Assembly (NCBI GenBank): GCA_016618085.1
Contig: JABLTG010000045.1
Span: forward strand, 1 to 64,000
Reading direction: 5' to 3'
From: Neovahlkampfia damariscottae
Taxonomy: Eukaryota
DNA: 64,000 nucleotides
Of this stretch, positions 1 through 11,026 are shown piece after piece (positions within the stretch are counted from its first letter, which is position 1; each line of letters begins with the position of its first letter). Both the position numbers and the translations under genes were made by a program. Under the pieces are notes generated by a model. It saw only the letters and a list, made by a program, of their open reading frames with translations. It was not told the origin of the DNA and ran no database searches.

Positions 1-846
1 TGTATTCTCTTTGATGAAAAAATTTGAATAATGTTTCATAGGTCAATTTTTCACCATCCAAATATAATTTTGGATAATATTGAATTAATGTTGTGTAAAC
101 ACATGCATTTTCTTTTAATTTTTGACTCAATTGATTATTTTTTATCATTTCATTTAATGATTTTCCTTCATAATTGATTGCGTTATTTTTGATCATATCA
201 CAAGTACGAGATGCATGAAGTTCTTCATCTTCCTCTGCAAATATATCGTCTGTTACTGTACTGAAACTATCTAATGAAATATATCTGAACCAACTTTCGT
301 AAAATTCTACCAACTCTTTGTAATCTGATGGAATTAAAAAATCACTATAAAAGTTGTATTGAGCTCTGCCATTATTTTCATCTGTTGTGTCAATTAATCT
401 TCTGTTATTTATTGTAATTTGTCCAAATGTTCTCATTTTTTGAATATCACTTTCTTTACAGTGAATTGTGTATGATAATTCTCTCATCAAAATAATTTGT
501 CCTTTTCTCTTTTTTTCTTTTTCAGCTACTTTCCAAAGACCAATATGTGTTGTGTATTGTTTTAACTCAACTTTTTTTGGTTCTTCTTTTGTTTTCTTTG
601 TTTTGATGCCCATTTTTTCTTTTCTTGTTGGATTGCTTGATTAATAATGAAATATCTGGTTTTTGTATCTTTAAAATACTTTCTAGCCTTTCTTAAGATG
701 TTTAAATAACGATCTGGATACTTACTTTTGAATGACTTTGGTATGTAAGTTTCTTCTGATGTGTAAAAATTTTTGTAACGTAAGACGTATTGGTTTCCTT
801 CTTTATTTTTAAATGAAAATCCTTGAGTGTCAACAAAAAATTTCAT
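1..846 (-). CDS. Probable N-terminal part of a protein-primed family B DNA polymerase (partial, one frameshift)
   Basis: ORF 562-846 joins, by adding one A to the A-run at ~614-619, a stop-free frame from 613 to the window edge (MGIKTKKTKEEPKKVELKQY...KLKENACVYTTLIQYYPKLYLDGEKLTYETLFKFF). No polymerase motif is inside the window, so the call rests on context. Confidence 0.45.
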
Positions 847-988
847 CTTTTATATATTATTAGAAAATAATTTTATATTTTTAAACCTTTTTTTATATTT
901 TATCTTTTCACTGCGTTTTCTTGTGATGAAAAATTTGGTGATGATTGGTTGAAAATTTTTACTTTTTGTATTTTCTTATGTTAATATA

Positions 989-2014
989 ATGACAGACGAA
1001 AAAATAAGACAATTAATTAATGATCCTGAAAAAGGTTTGAACAGTGATTTGAAAAAACTTCAGACAATGTTAAAAGATCATGGAATCAACACAACACAAA
1101 AAAAAATTAAAGAAATTAGAGACAGACAAAATTGGTACCAATTAACCAAAAAAGTTAAAAAACAGAAACATTTTAATTCTATTATGGTTCCTGAAAATTC
1201 AATTTTGTATTATATGGATGTTATTGTTTATAATCGTTTTAAAATCCATGGATATCAATATATTTTGAATGTTGTTGATACTAATTCAAGGTATGTCTCT
1301 TCAAGAGCTTTAACAAATATGAAATTAAAAGAATCAACCAGAGGAAATAAAGCGTTTACACTTCTTGATGCTGTGAAAGAAATTATGGAAGAAATGGGAT
1401 ATCCAAAAGAATTAAGATGTGATAATCAATTTATTTCTGATGATTTTGTTAAATTAATGAAAGAAAATGATGTTAAAGTTGTTTATTCTGAAACTGATGA
1501 TTTAATTAAAAATTCGTTGGATGAATCATTTAACAGAACTTTAGCAGTTTTGTTGCAAAATTGGAGAGTATCAACAGGTAAAACAGAATGGTACAAAGTA
1601 TTATCTATGATTATTAAAAAATATAATAATACACTTCATTCAACCATACATGCTAAGCCCGCAGATGCTTGGAGTGGAAAAGATATTAATCGTCAAGAAA
1701 TGAAAAGAATCACTCCAAAGTTTTCTGTTGGTGACAAGGTAAGAATAGTTTCAAATAAAAAAATTTTTGAAAAAGGAGATGCCATTAAAAATTCAAAATC
1801 CATCTACGTAATCACTCATGTTGTTGGAAATAAATACAAATTAAAAAATTTAGAATCTGGAGCAACTGGTGATAAATTATTTAATCCAAGAAATTTGTTG
1901 AAAGTTACAGATGTTGATGAAATTAATAAAGTTATTGAACCAACACAAAAGGAACAAGAAAAAACTAAATTTATTGGAACTACACCTGTTAAAACAAGAA
2001 AAAATAAGAAGTAA
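989..2014 (+). CDS. rve-family (DDE) integrase, Polinton/Maverick type
   Basis: YYMD..VVDTNSRY, LRCDN, DESFNRTL (D,D,E), YNNTLHSTI and a C-terminal FSVGDKVRI SH3-like segment; intronless. Confidence 0.93.
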   Translation: MTDEKIRQLINDPEKGLNSDLKKLQTMLKDHGINTTQKKIKEIRDRQNWYQLTKKVKKQKHFNSIMVPENSILYYMDVIVYNRFKIHGYQYILNVVDTNSRYVSSRALTNMKLKESTRGNKAFTLLDAVKEIMEEMGYPKELRCDNQFISDDFVKLMKENDVKVVYSETDDLIKNSLDESFNRTLAVLLQNWRVSTGKTEWYKVLSMIIKKYNNTLHSTIHAKPADAWSGKDINRQEMKRITPKFSVGDKVRIVSNKKIFEKGDAIKNSKSIYVITHVVGNKYKLKNLESGATGDKLFNPRNLLKVTDVDEINKVIEPTQKEQEKTKFIGTTPVKTRKNKK

Positions 2015-2019
2015 AATAT

Positions 2020-4139
2020 TTATTCTTGGAACTCTTTTTCATCTTCCAAGGTTGTGAAATATAAAATTTGATTGTTTTGAATTGAATTTATGTCAACTAT
2101 TTCAGCTTCAATTGGCAGAGATTCTCTAATTTTAATTCCTTTTACTTTTAAGTATTCATTTCCAATTTCTAATAACTTCTCCAAATCTTCTGGTAGTTGA
2201 ATTTTAGTTCCTCCTTTTTTTTGTCCATATTTTCTTAAGATTACATTTTTTTTATCTTGAACCTTTGGTATTTTTGAAATGGATTCCTCAATTTCTTCAA
2301 GTTGATTTAATTTTCTCTTTTTTTCTCCAAGTTGAATTGGATTTTCTTTTTTTACAATGATTTCTTGTTGATTTTCAGTATAAATTTTAAAAGTTAAAAA
2401 ATCAGAGGAATGATAAATGTACATGGTTTTAACTGTCTCAGATTTTGGAAACCAATATCCGTCTTTTCCTAATTTCTCAGGTCCAACAGTTGTCCAGTTA
2501 ATCACCCAAGTTTCTTTTGCTTTTAATCCAAAATGATACAATTCTCCTTGTCTATAAACATGATGCCATAATGTAGATGTTGTGTTATATGAGCTATCTT
2601 TACTCAAACTTAAATTGACTCCATGTTCTATCAAATAATTTGATTTATCTAATTGCATAAACATATCACAAGAAATAGCTTTACTTGGTAATTGGTTTGA
2701 TTGCAATTTTTCACTTTTAAAATCTTTAAAATCCTTTAATGGAACATTTTCTTCTAATTTGCAACTATATGATTAAAATTAATAATCTTACAGAAGTGTT
2801 GGAAATAATTGTTTGAGAATGTAATAAAATTCAACACGATAAACAGGTTCTTTACATCCTGGTCTTTCAGTTGAAATACAATTATTATTTGATAATTTTT
2901 GTCCAAATGCAAGTGTCATAATATTTATATTCTCAACAACTGCTTTTACAATCTGAACAATGTCCAATTTTGATTCTTTGCATGGAAGAAATTGAGGTGA
3001 TGGCTCTTTTGGTTTCAGTTTATTTTTTAAAAATCTGTCAATAAATAGAGATGCTATTTCTAATCTTTGAGATGTTTCTCTTAATATATTGGAATTAATT
3101 AATAAATGTGCCTCTTCTCTGTACAAAGAGCCTAAATTTTGACCTGAAAAAAATGTAATAAGTGCTTTTTGGCAAGATTCAGCTTTTTTACTTGAAATCA
3201 GTAAAGTTAGCATTTTTCTGAGATTTGATGAATTGGTTTCTGAGTAATACAAAAACTGAAAATCATAAGTTAGACTTTTCCATTCACTCAAGGTTGGTGG
3301 TGTGCCTTTATTTTTTTCAATCCATTCAGAAATATATTGTGCAAATAAATTTGTTAAACCTTGTGCTCCTGTTGTTTGCTCATATATGTTTTGAATAATT
3401 TCTTCATCAAATGTAAATTTTTCTTGACTTTTGTATTGTCCAAATAGTTGTTTAGTTTCATCTAATGTAAAATAATCACATAAAATTTTGTTGGAAATAT
3501 TAAATGGTGAACCTCCAATAGTATCATTAATATAATCTCCGACCCAATTGGTTATTCCAAGAACTGAATGTAAACAATTGGACCATCACGAATTTTTTGT
3601 TGTTTCAATGCTCTTAGAATGGTAAGAAAATCTTTCCTTGTGCTATCATTAATTTTTGATATCATATCTATTTCATCTAATACAAGAATACAATCTTTGT
3701 CTCCATAATATTTTTGTTTATATTTAAAATTATTTACAAAAAGTGTAAAAACCGAAATTGACTCAGGTTTTAACGCTTCTAAATTATTTTTTGTAATTTT
3801 TTCAACCTTTGACATAAAAACCTGAAGAAATTGTTCCCAAAATTGATTTGGAGTCATATTTTCACGAACAATAGTTTGTAGGTCAATATAAATTGGTAAA
3901 TATTTGTCTTTTAATTGATCTAACAATTTATTGACACGAGTAGTTTTACCACTTTGACTTGGAGCAACAAGTAAAAGATAATGACAAATTTTTAGTTCAG
4001 GTATTAAATTTTTTTCATTCCATTCTGAAGGATCAATATAAAAATGATTTTTAGGATCCACTAAACCATTTGGACAAAAAGATTTTTTAGAGGATCCTGA
4101 AATTTTTTCTTGAACCTCAACAAGTTTTCTTTGATCCAT
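2020..4139 (-). CDS. AAA-type P-loop NTPase fused to a restriction-endonuclease-like domain (Crinkler-like architecture); two frameshifts
   Basis: Walker A APSQSGKT, Walker B LVLDEID, then in shifted frames SPFNI..FTLDETKQL and EQTTGAQG, EPVYRVEFY, and CD..YLIEH. A 27-nt GT-AG intron lies at 2765-2791. Single-base frameshifts at ~3577 and ~3315. Confidence 0.65.
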
Positions 4140-4380
4140 TTCAAACAAAATATTTATGATTGGTTTATTTAATTGAACGAAAATAATAAATTTATAATAA
4201 ATTATTGGGTAATTAAAATAAATCTCCAATTGGTTCATTTTGTTTTCAATTTTCGAACACAACAGACCAAAAATTGAAACATAAAATTTGATTCTTGTGA
4301 GACAAATGGAATATTTTCAGTTTTAACAATAAATAAACGTTCAAACCTCCGGACCATTTACGTTCATCATTGGTCTAATT

Positions 4381-4470
4381 ATCTGTGGGCCAAGTGGAGA
4401 GGAAATCTGCTGTTCTCAGGTCACGAGACCGAAATATTTCTGAAAAGCGCCAGCGGATTTTGCCCCTACT
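4381..4470. ncRNA. Candidate structured RNA or element-terminal hairpin
   Basis: 45/90 GC in an AT-rich background. Stems 4403-4412/4451-4460, 4413-4419/4440-4446, 4419-4422/4427-4430 and 4387-4390/4462-4465. Confidence 0.35.
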
Positions 4471-4471
4471 T

Positions 4472-4838
4472 ACTTGAAGAAAAGAGTGTTTTGATAGTAG
4501 AAAAGAAATGGCAATATATGGATTGTCATGGACATCAAGAAACTGACTGGTGTGAACCAACTATAAATGGAACTGAATTGTAAGTGAAATTACAATTTAA
4601 AATAAAGTTGGCTGGATTTTGACAAAGAAGAAGAAATATCAAATGGATTAAAAGACGGAAAAGAAAAAATAAATTTAAATAGAGGGAATTCAATTTATGA
4701 AATTGACTTTAAAAAATGATTCAAACAACAATAAAAGCAAAAACTGGATATCGCAGACCTATTAGACATGTAAAAAGTATTCTATATGAAGATGGAACCA
4801 CCAAATTTGAAGATATTGAAGAAAAAACAAATTTATAA
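4472..4838 (+). pseudogene. WWE-domain gene fragment (no clear start, one frameshift)
   Basis: KWQYMD..., intron 4580-4607, FWLDFD..YEIDFKK/MIQTT..TGYRRPIRH; one A missing at ~4711-4716. Confidence 0.65.
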
Positions 4839-4846
4839 CTTTATTT

Positions 4847-5922
4847 TTATTTTGAATATTTTTGTTTGAACAAATCACATTTTTCCATCACTTCTTTCTC
4901 ACTCCAATCCCACAAGATTTTGGAAAATTCTTCACTTTTTGCAATATCAGTTTCTTCAACAATTTGACAATCACTAAAAAATTTGCCTGACACATTTTTT
5001 AAATTTGGACTAGTTGCGACATGTAATGTTGTTTGAGATCCTTGAAATGGAGTTCTACAAAATAAAGTCATGAATGGTTTGATGTATTTTTTTAATGAAG
5101 ATTCACCTGCTAAAGATGTATCAATTGCACCTGGATGTAATGAATTAACAGTAACACCAAATTGATTATATCTCTTATGCATTTCTAATGAATGCCATAC
5201 ATTATCTAATTTTGAAAATCCATATTCATACATTGTAGTAGTGAGACTAACATCAGGTGATGAATAATAAGCATGTTCCTCTGGTTTAAAATCTTTTAAA
5301 TTTCTCACAAAACGATGACCATCTGATGATACAATGACAAGTCTTCCTTTTGATTCGATTAATTTTTCAATTAAAAGCTTTTTTAAAGAATTTAATAATT
5401 AAATTTTTCAAACTCTATTCAAAAGATAATGACCTAAATAATTCACTCCAAACATCATTTCATAACCTTGTTTTGTTTTACGATTTTTTGAAAGTTCATA
5501 AGTACCACCAGCGTTATTAATTATAATATCAATTTTATCATTTCTTTGTAAAAGTATTTTTGCACAAGTTGAAATGGAATCAAAATCTGCCAAGTCTAAT
5601 TTCATGAATTCTAACTATTTCTTTTTTAATTTTTTTTTTTTTTTACGTTATAATTTTGTGTGTCTTTTTGAATTCTTTCAATAATAGGCATGGTTTTTGT
5701 GAAATTTCTACAAGCAAAAATAACATTTGCACCCATTTTTGCCAATTCTTCTGCTGTAGCAACTCCAATACCATCTGAAGCTCCTGTGATTAGAACTGTT
5801 TTTCCTTTAAGGTCAATATTTAAATTAGCTTTTCTTCCATCAATAAATGCGTATCTCATGAACTTATACAAGACATAAATGATTAGTGGTGACAATAAAA
5901 TAGTGAGAAGTAAGTTAAACAT
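4847..5922 (-). CDS. Short-chain dehydrogenase/reductase, retinol dehydrogenase-like
   Basis: TGASDGIG, NNAG, YGFSK, LHPGAIDT; N-terminal TM; two GT-AG introns (~5615-5646, ~5378-5413). Confidence 0.92.
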
Positions 5923-6146
5923 TCTTAAAATTCTATTGGTGGAAATTTCGGAAAAAAATGTTCAACAAAGAAATAATAAAGTATTATTAAGTTGATAAGA
6001 ATACCCTCTTCTGTTGAGAATCAATAGTTCTTTGGTCTACACCGCACTCCAGAGTTTTAATTTATTTTTTTCCACAATCAACAACAAATCAAATGGAAAG
6101 TTTTCACCATTTTGATTGGTCAGAACCTTCTAATTTTTTGAAATTG

Positions 6147-7558
6147 ATGAAGTTACAAGTATTAGTACTTTTTGTGGTGCTCCTTACAATTCATGCATAT
6201 ACCCTTGAACAAATAATCACATCAGTCCAGTAAGAAAAAATTTCCAACTTAATCATTCAGGGATCCTCCTCCAGGTTTGTTTTAAAATAAATTAAAAGAA
6301 AAAATTTTATTCAGTGAGAAATTGTTCCTTAACTACATATGTTGGTGAAGGAGAAGTTTGTGATGAATCAAAAAATATTCAATGTAAACTTTTTCATAAA
6401 TGCAAAGAAGGAAAGTGTGTTCTTGGTAAACTTTTTACTTTACTCTTAACCATTTAGCTCATGTTGGTACAACATGTACACAATCAACAGATTGTTTACA
6501 TTCATCATCAAGAGCTTTAAATATCAGATGTGTTGCTGGAAAATGTGTAAAACCGAAATACAATGGATTTGAATGCTCGGACAATATTGAATGTTTTGGT
6601 GGACAATGTACAAATGGTATTTGTACTGGATTAGAAGAAAATACTTTTTGTGATCCAACAGGTTCGATTTTTTTTTTTTTTTTTTCTAATTTTTTTGTTA
6701 ATAAGGTATGGTAAAATGTAACAAAGGTTTATACTGTTCAAATACACATAGAAGTTGCAAAAAAGTATTAGAATTTGGAAGTAAATGTAATGATTGGTAT
6801 GGAAGATCTGTATCCAGTTTACCTGAAGGTTCAAATTATTTTATCATTTGTAAAGGTGGTCATAAATGTATGGGACCTCGTGGAAATCAAGTTTGTATTC
6901 CTTATAAATCAGGTCGTGAAAATTCACCATGTAATTATAACAGAGATCGTGATGATGAATGTCAATTTGGTTTATATTGTCATCCAAAACATAATCAATG
7001 TTTAAAAGATCCAGAATATCCAACTTTTCAATGTAAAGGAGCTGCACAACGTAAAATTGAAATTAAAAACATTAATATTTTTTTTATTCAGCTTGTATTA
7101 GATCAGAACATCATTCATGTATTTGTGAAAATGGAGATCCAAATAAAGGCACTTGTAAATCAGTTGTCAATTTCAGAAAATGTGATTATTTCAATTCAAT
7201 GAATAAATACAGAAGTTGTCTTGAAAGATATGATTGTCCATTTGAAAGAAATTTCATGTTTTCAATGGTAGCAAGTGTTTTTGAAACAAAATCATGTCCA
7301 GGAAAATATTGTGGAGCAATTATTAGAGAATACTTATGTTGTTCTTTATCATCACATGCAAGTTTAAGTTATTCATGGGCAGAAGTTAAACCTTTAGGAT
7401 GCACATCGTTAGAAACTTCTAATTATGGTCCTGCTATTGCAGTTGTAGTTGTTTTATTCTTATTATTTGTTGCAATTGGAATTGCTCTTGCTTCTGGTCT
7501 CGGTATTTTCATCTACATTAAACAAACAAGTACAGGTGGATTTGAAGAATTGAAATAA
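6147..7558 (+). CDS. Cysteine-rich single-pass surface protein
   Basis: Signal peptide MKLQVLVLFVVLLTIHA, repeated Cys-rich modules across five introns (14-nt exon 6261-6274), C-terminal TM. Confidence 0.8.
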
Positions 7559-7562
7559 AAAT

Positions 7563-9115
7563 TTAATTTTCTTGATAATATTTTGATAAAATACCACTGT
7601 AAAATGATTCTTCATCTCTCATTTTATAAAATAATTGTTCATCTTTTAATGAATGCTCTGCATGTGAATGATCAAATGCATGTAATTGTCTGAAGCATTC
7701 ACCTAGTATTACAGCTCCATATCTATTTAATCCTAAATTATTGTAATGTTTTTGAATCCAAGATACTATTTCATTACCTAAAAATACAGATTTGTATGTC
7801 TTCAAATGATATGTTCTATTCCTAATATCAATGCCATCCTTTCCAGAAAATGCATGATCATAAAATTTGTTAACATTTTCAGGGTTTGCAACAAATTTGA
7901 ATACAATTTTGAATTGAGTGAAATTTCTTCTTATCCTTGTCAAAAAATCTTGATCTGTCAATTTTGAACCAATGACTGCTTCTGAGAATTTGAAGAATAA
8001 AAATTCATCTGAAAATTTCTTATCTTTGTCAACTACATGTTGGATTACATTGATATCTGTGAAGAACTCTAAGAAATCAATCACATTCATCCCTTTTTAG
8101 ATCTCTGAATTTTATTGACATCCATTTTTACAATACATCAATAATTTCAGAAGCAACAAAACAATCTTCATAATTTTGTAATCTAAAAGTTCTGCTTTGA
8201 ATTATATTTTCTTGTTGTAAGAAAACGATAATTTCACATAAATATTTTTCAAATTCACTTTCTTCCAAATCTAAAATGAATAATTTCTTTTTCCAAATAG
8301 AAGTAAACTTTTCAGTTTTTGAATTGTATTTTATGGATAATAAAACATGTCCATTTTGATTTGTCAGTTCAGAAAGTGATTTTTTTGTTAGAGATTCCCT
8401 AACTTTTGAAATTGTTGGAATTGGAGATGTTACTTGAGAGTGATCTGTTTCCATTTTTGTAATTTCTGGAAATGTATCAATTATCTTGGTATCAAAAACA
8501 GATGAATAATTTTCAATCAAGAATTTCAGCAAAACCTTTCCCTTGAATAAATTTTTAAAATCATTAGAAAATTTTGATTTTTGTTGAATCAAAATTGGTA
8601 CAAATAAAATAATAATCCATAAATAAGATATTCTTGATTTTTATATTTTTCATGAATTTGTTTTTGGATTGTTTTTTTCTTTTCTTTGTCATTCAATTCT
8701 TTGTTTTCTTGTAAACAAGAGTTTTAAAAAATGTATTTTTAGAATTTACTAATTAGAGAACAATATTCATTCAATTGTTCTTCTTTTATCATATATTTTG
8801 GTAAATATTGATAGAATCGAAGAAATAGATCAGCCACATCGTCTAAGCATTCATCCTTTTCGAAAAAATAAAAAATCAATAAATTTACTTTAGAAAGAAT
8901 CATTTTTGGATTTTTTTCAAAATTCACCAATAATTCATTGATTTTGGAGATATTCCCCGGTTCAGTGAATATCTTTTTTCTTTGTAGAATCTCTACAAAT
9001 GAAAGTTACTTTTGAGATACAAACGATTTAAAAGAGAACATATGAAGTCCACTGACATATTTGAAGGTGTTTCTCCAAAAATAGTGCCTTTGAAAACTAG
9101 TGACTTGCTGGACAT
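7563..9115 (-). pseudogene. RhoGAP-DEP-DEP paralogue 1, apparently degenerate
   Basis: Collinear with the neighbours but has an in-frame TAA at 8128-8130, a frameshift at ~8092, an internal deletion at ~8605 and KIFTEPG in place of the arginine finger. Confidence 0.65.
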
Positions 9116-9168
9116 GAAGAAAAACGGGTAATGTTTTTGATTGGTGAAAAAATAATAAAAAAGTTCTA

Positions 9169-10870
9169 TTAAAATAAATTATCTACATCCTCATATTTTG
9201 TTAATATTTCAACGAGGAATTCTTCTTCTTCTCTCATTCTATAGAATAAGTATTCATCTCTCAAAGGATGATCTCCACAAGTATGATCAAAAGCATGGAG
9301 TTGTCTAAAACATTCACCAAGAATTGTAGCACCGTATCTTGTTAATCCTAAGTTTTCATATTGTTTTCTAATCCAACTAACTGCTTCATTCCCTAAAAAT
9401 ACAGATTTATAATTTTTTAAATGATAAGTCCTATTTCTGATATCCAAACCATCATCGCTTGAAAAGGCAATATCATAAAAATCTTTAACATTTTCTGAGT
9501 TTTTTACAAACTCATTGACAATTTTGAATTGAATGAAATTTTCTTTCATTGAGTTTAAATAATCTTGATCTGTCAATTTTGAACCAATCACAGGTTCAGT
9601 AAATCTGAAGAACAAATATTCATAGGTAAATTTCTTATCTCTATCAGCTACATGTTCAATTCCATTGATATCTGACAAGAAAATCATGAAATAAATAATG
9701 TCTTCTTTTGTCAAATGAGCATATGCTTCATCTCTTTTTATTACCCAAGCGTAAATAATATCAACTGTTTCAGAAGCAACAAAACAATTTTCATATGTCT
9801 TTAAATGATAAGATCTATTTTGAATAATCTTTTCTTGGTTCAGGTAACAGATAATATCAAATAAAAAACTTTCGAACTTTTGAACATTAGAATTGAAATG
9901 ATTTCTTACTTGTTTTCCATCAAATTTTAAAATAAACAATTTTTGATTCCAAACTGTTTCATATTTTATCGTTTTTGTATTAAATTTTAAATACAAAATA
10001 TTTTGAGATGTGGAAGTTGATGTAGATGAAATTTCTTGCGAACTTGGTTGTCTTGAAAGAGAATTCTTTTTGAAAAATCCAAGTAATGAATTACTCTTGA
10101 TTGATGAACTTGACATATTTTCTGAGTTTGATGGTGATTCTTTAATCATTGCAGTGTATTTATGATATTGAGCATCCATCAAATCAGTGTCAAATATTTT
10201 CGGATAATTTTCAATCAATAATTTTAATAATGCTTTTCCTTTGAGCAAATGTTTTAAAAAATCTTTTGGATTTTTTGATTTCTTTTGTTGTATAATCAAA
10301 GGAACAAAAATAATGGATAAACTTTCGCCAGTCATCAGAGTTTTTTTTGAGTGAAGTTGAATGTCGTGTAAAAGGAAAAACAGAATTCCAAAACAAAGAT
10401 AAGCATAACTTTGATGTGATTCTTTGAGTTTTTCACCAATTTTTTGTATACAATCCTTTTTGTTTTCTTCTAATTCTATTACTGTACAGTATTCATCAAC
10501 TTCATCAAGCTTTATCATGGAAATAGGTAGTTCATGATAATATCTTGTGAATAAACCAGCTACATCTTGAATAAGTTCTGTCTAATGACATAGTTAAAAG
10601 GAAGGTTTGTTTATTTACATCTTGAAGATAAAGTTGATCAAATTCGACGGTTCTCTTATAATCATTTATTTTTGCATGGTTTCCAGTTTCTCTGAAAATA
10701 TCTTTGGTCTCTAAAACTTCTAAATTGTTGTGAGAAATTTCAGAAGACAACTTACGATTTTGAAGCATCCATTTTGTGAGTTGGCAAAGAAATTGAAATG
10801 ATCTTTCTCCTGGCTCTTCTCCAAAAATTGATTTAAATTTGCTTTTTGAGGATTTTTTTTGGATTTGCAT
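9169..10870 (-). CDS. RhoGAP-DEP-DEP protein (paralogue 2)
   Basis: DIFRETG..DVAGLFTRYYHELP RhoGAP segment; two DEP repeats (NRSYHLKTYENCFVASE, NRTYHLKNYKSVFLGNE); three introns. Confidence 0.85.
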
Positions 10871-11026
10871 TCAACAGCTTTGACGGAATAGAGTTTGATT
10901 GGTCAAAATAGGGCAACCAATCATTCGCTCGCACCAAAAAGACTATTAGGTATGCCAAAAGTAGCATATGGCAAGTAATTTTTCCAAATAAAAAGAAATG
11001 AAAACCCTCATTTAGATCCAAAAAAT

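Larger units (their letters stand above)
1..2014. mobile_element. Endogenous Polinton-like virus / virophage-like element, segment 1 (runs off the left edge; right boundary uncertain, possibly ~4470)
   Basis: Intronless rve integrase of Polinton type, divergent from a long intronless frame resembling a pPolB N-terminus. Both ATGs are preceded by AATATA-type motifs like those in segment 2. Confidence 0.75.

Noticed and set aside
4140..4470. Matching TIR between this region and 28850-29460
   Set aside because: Only a ~10-nt CCGG(A/T)C..ATTT similarity was seen.
4381..4470. tRNA, U4 snRNA or hammerhead identity
   Set aside because: No cloverleaf, no CUGANGA core, and too short for the U4 3' domain.
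614..4716. Programmed frameshifting or editing at several single-A deletions
   Set aside because: All lie in A-runs and cannot be distinguished from homopolymer assembly error or decay without reads.
10896..10990. Inverted repeat and possible small RNA
   Set aside because: The inverted repeat is explained by two opposed CCAAT boxes; no convincing fold downstream.
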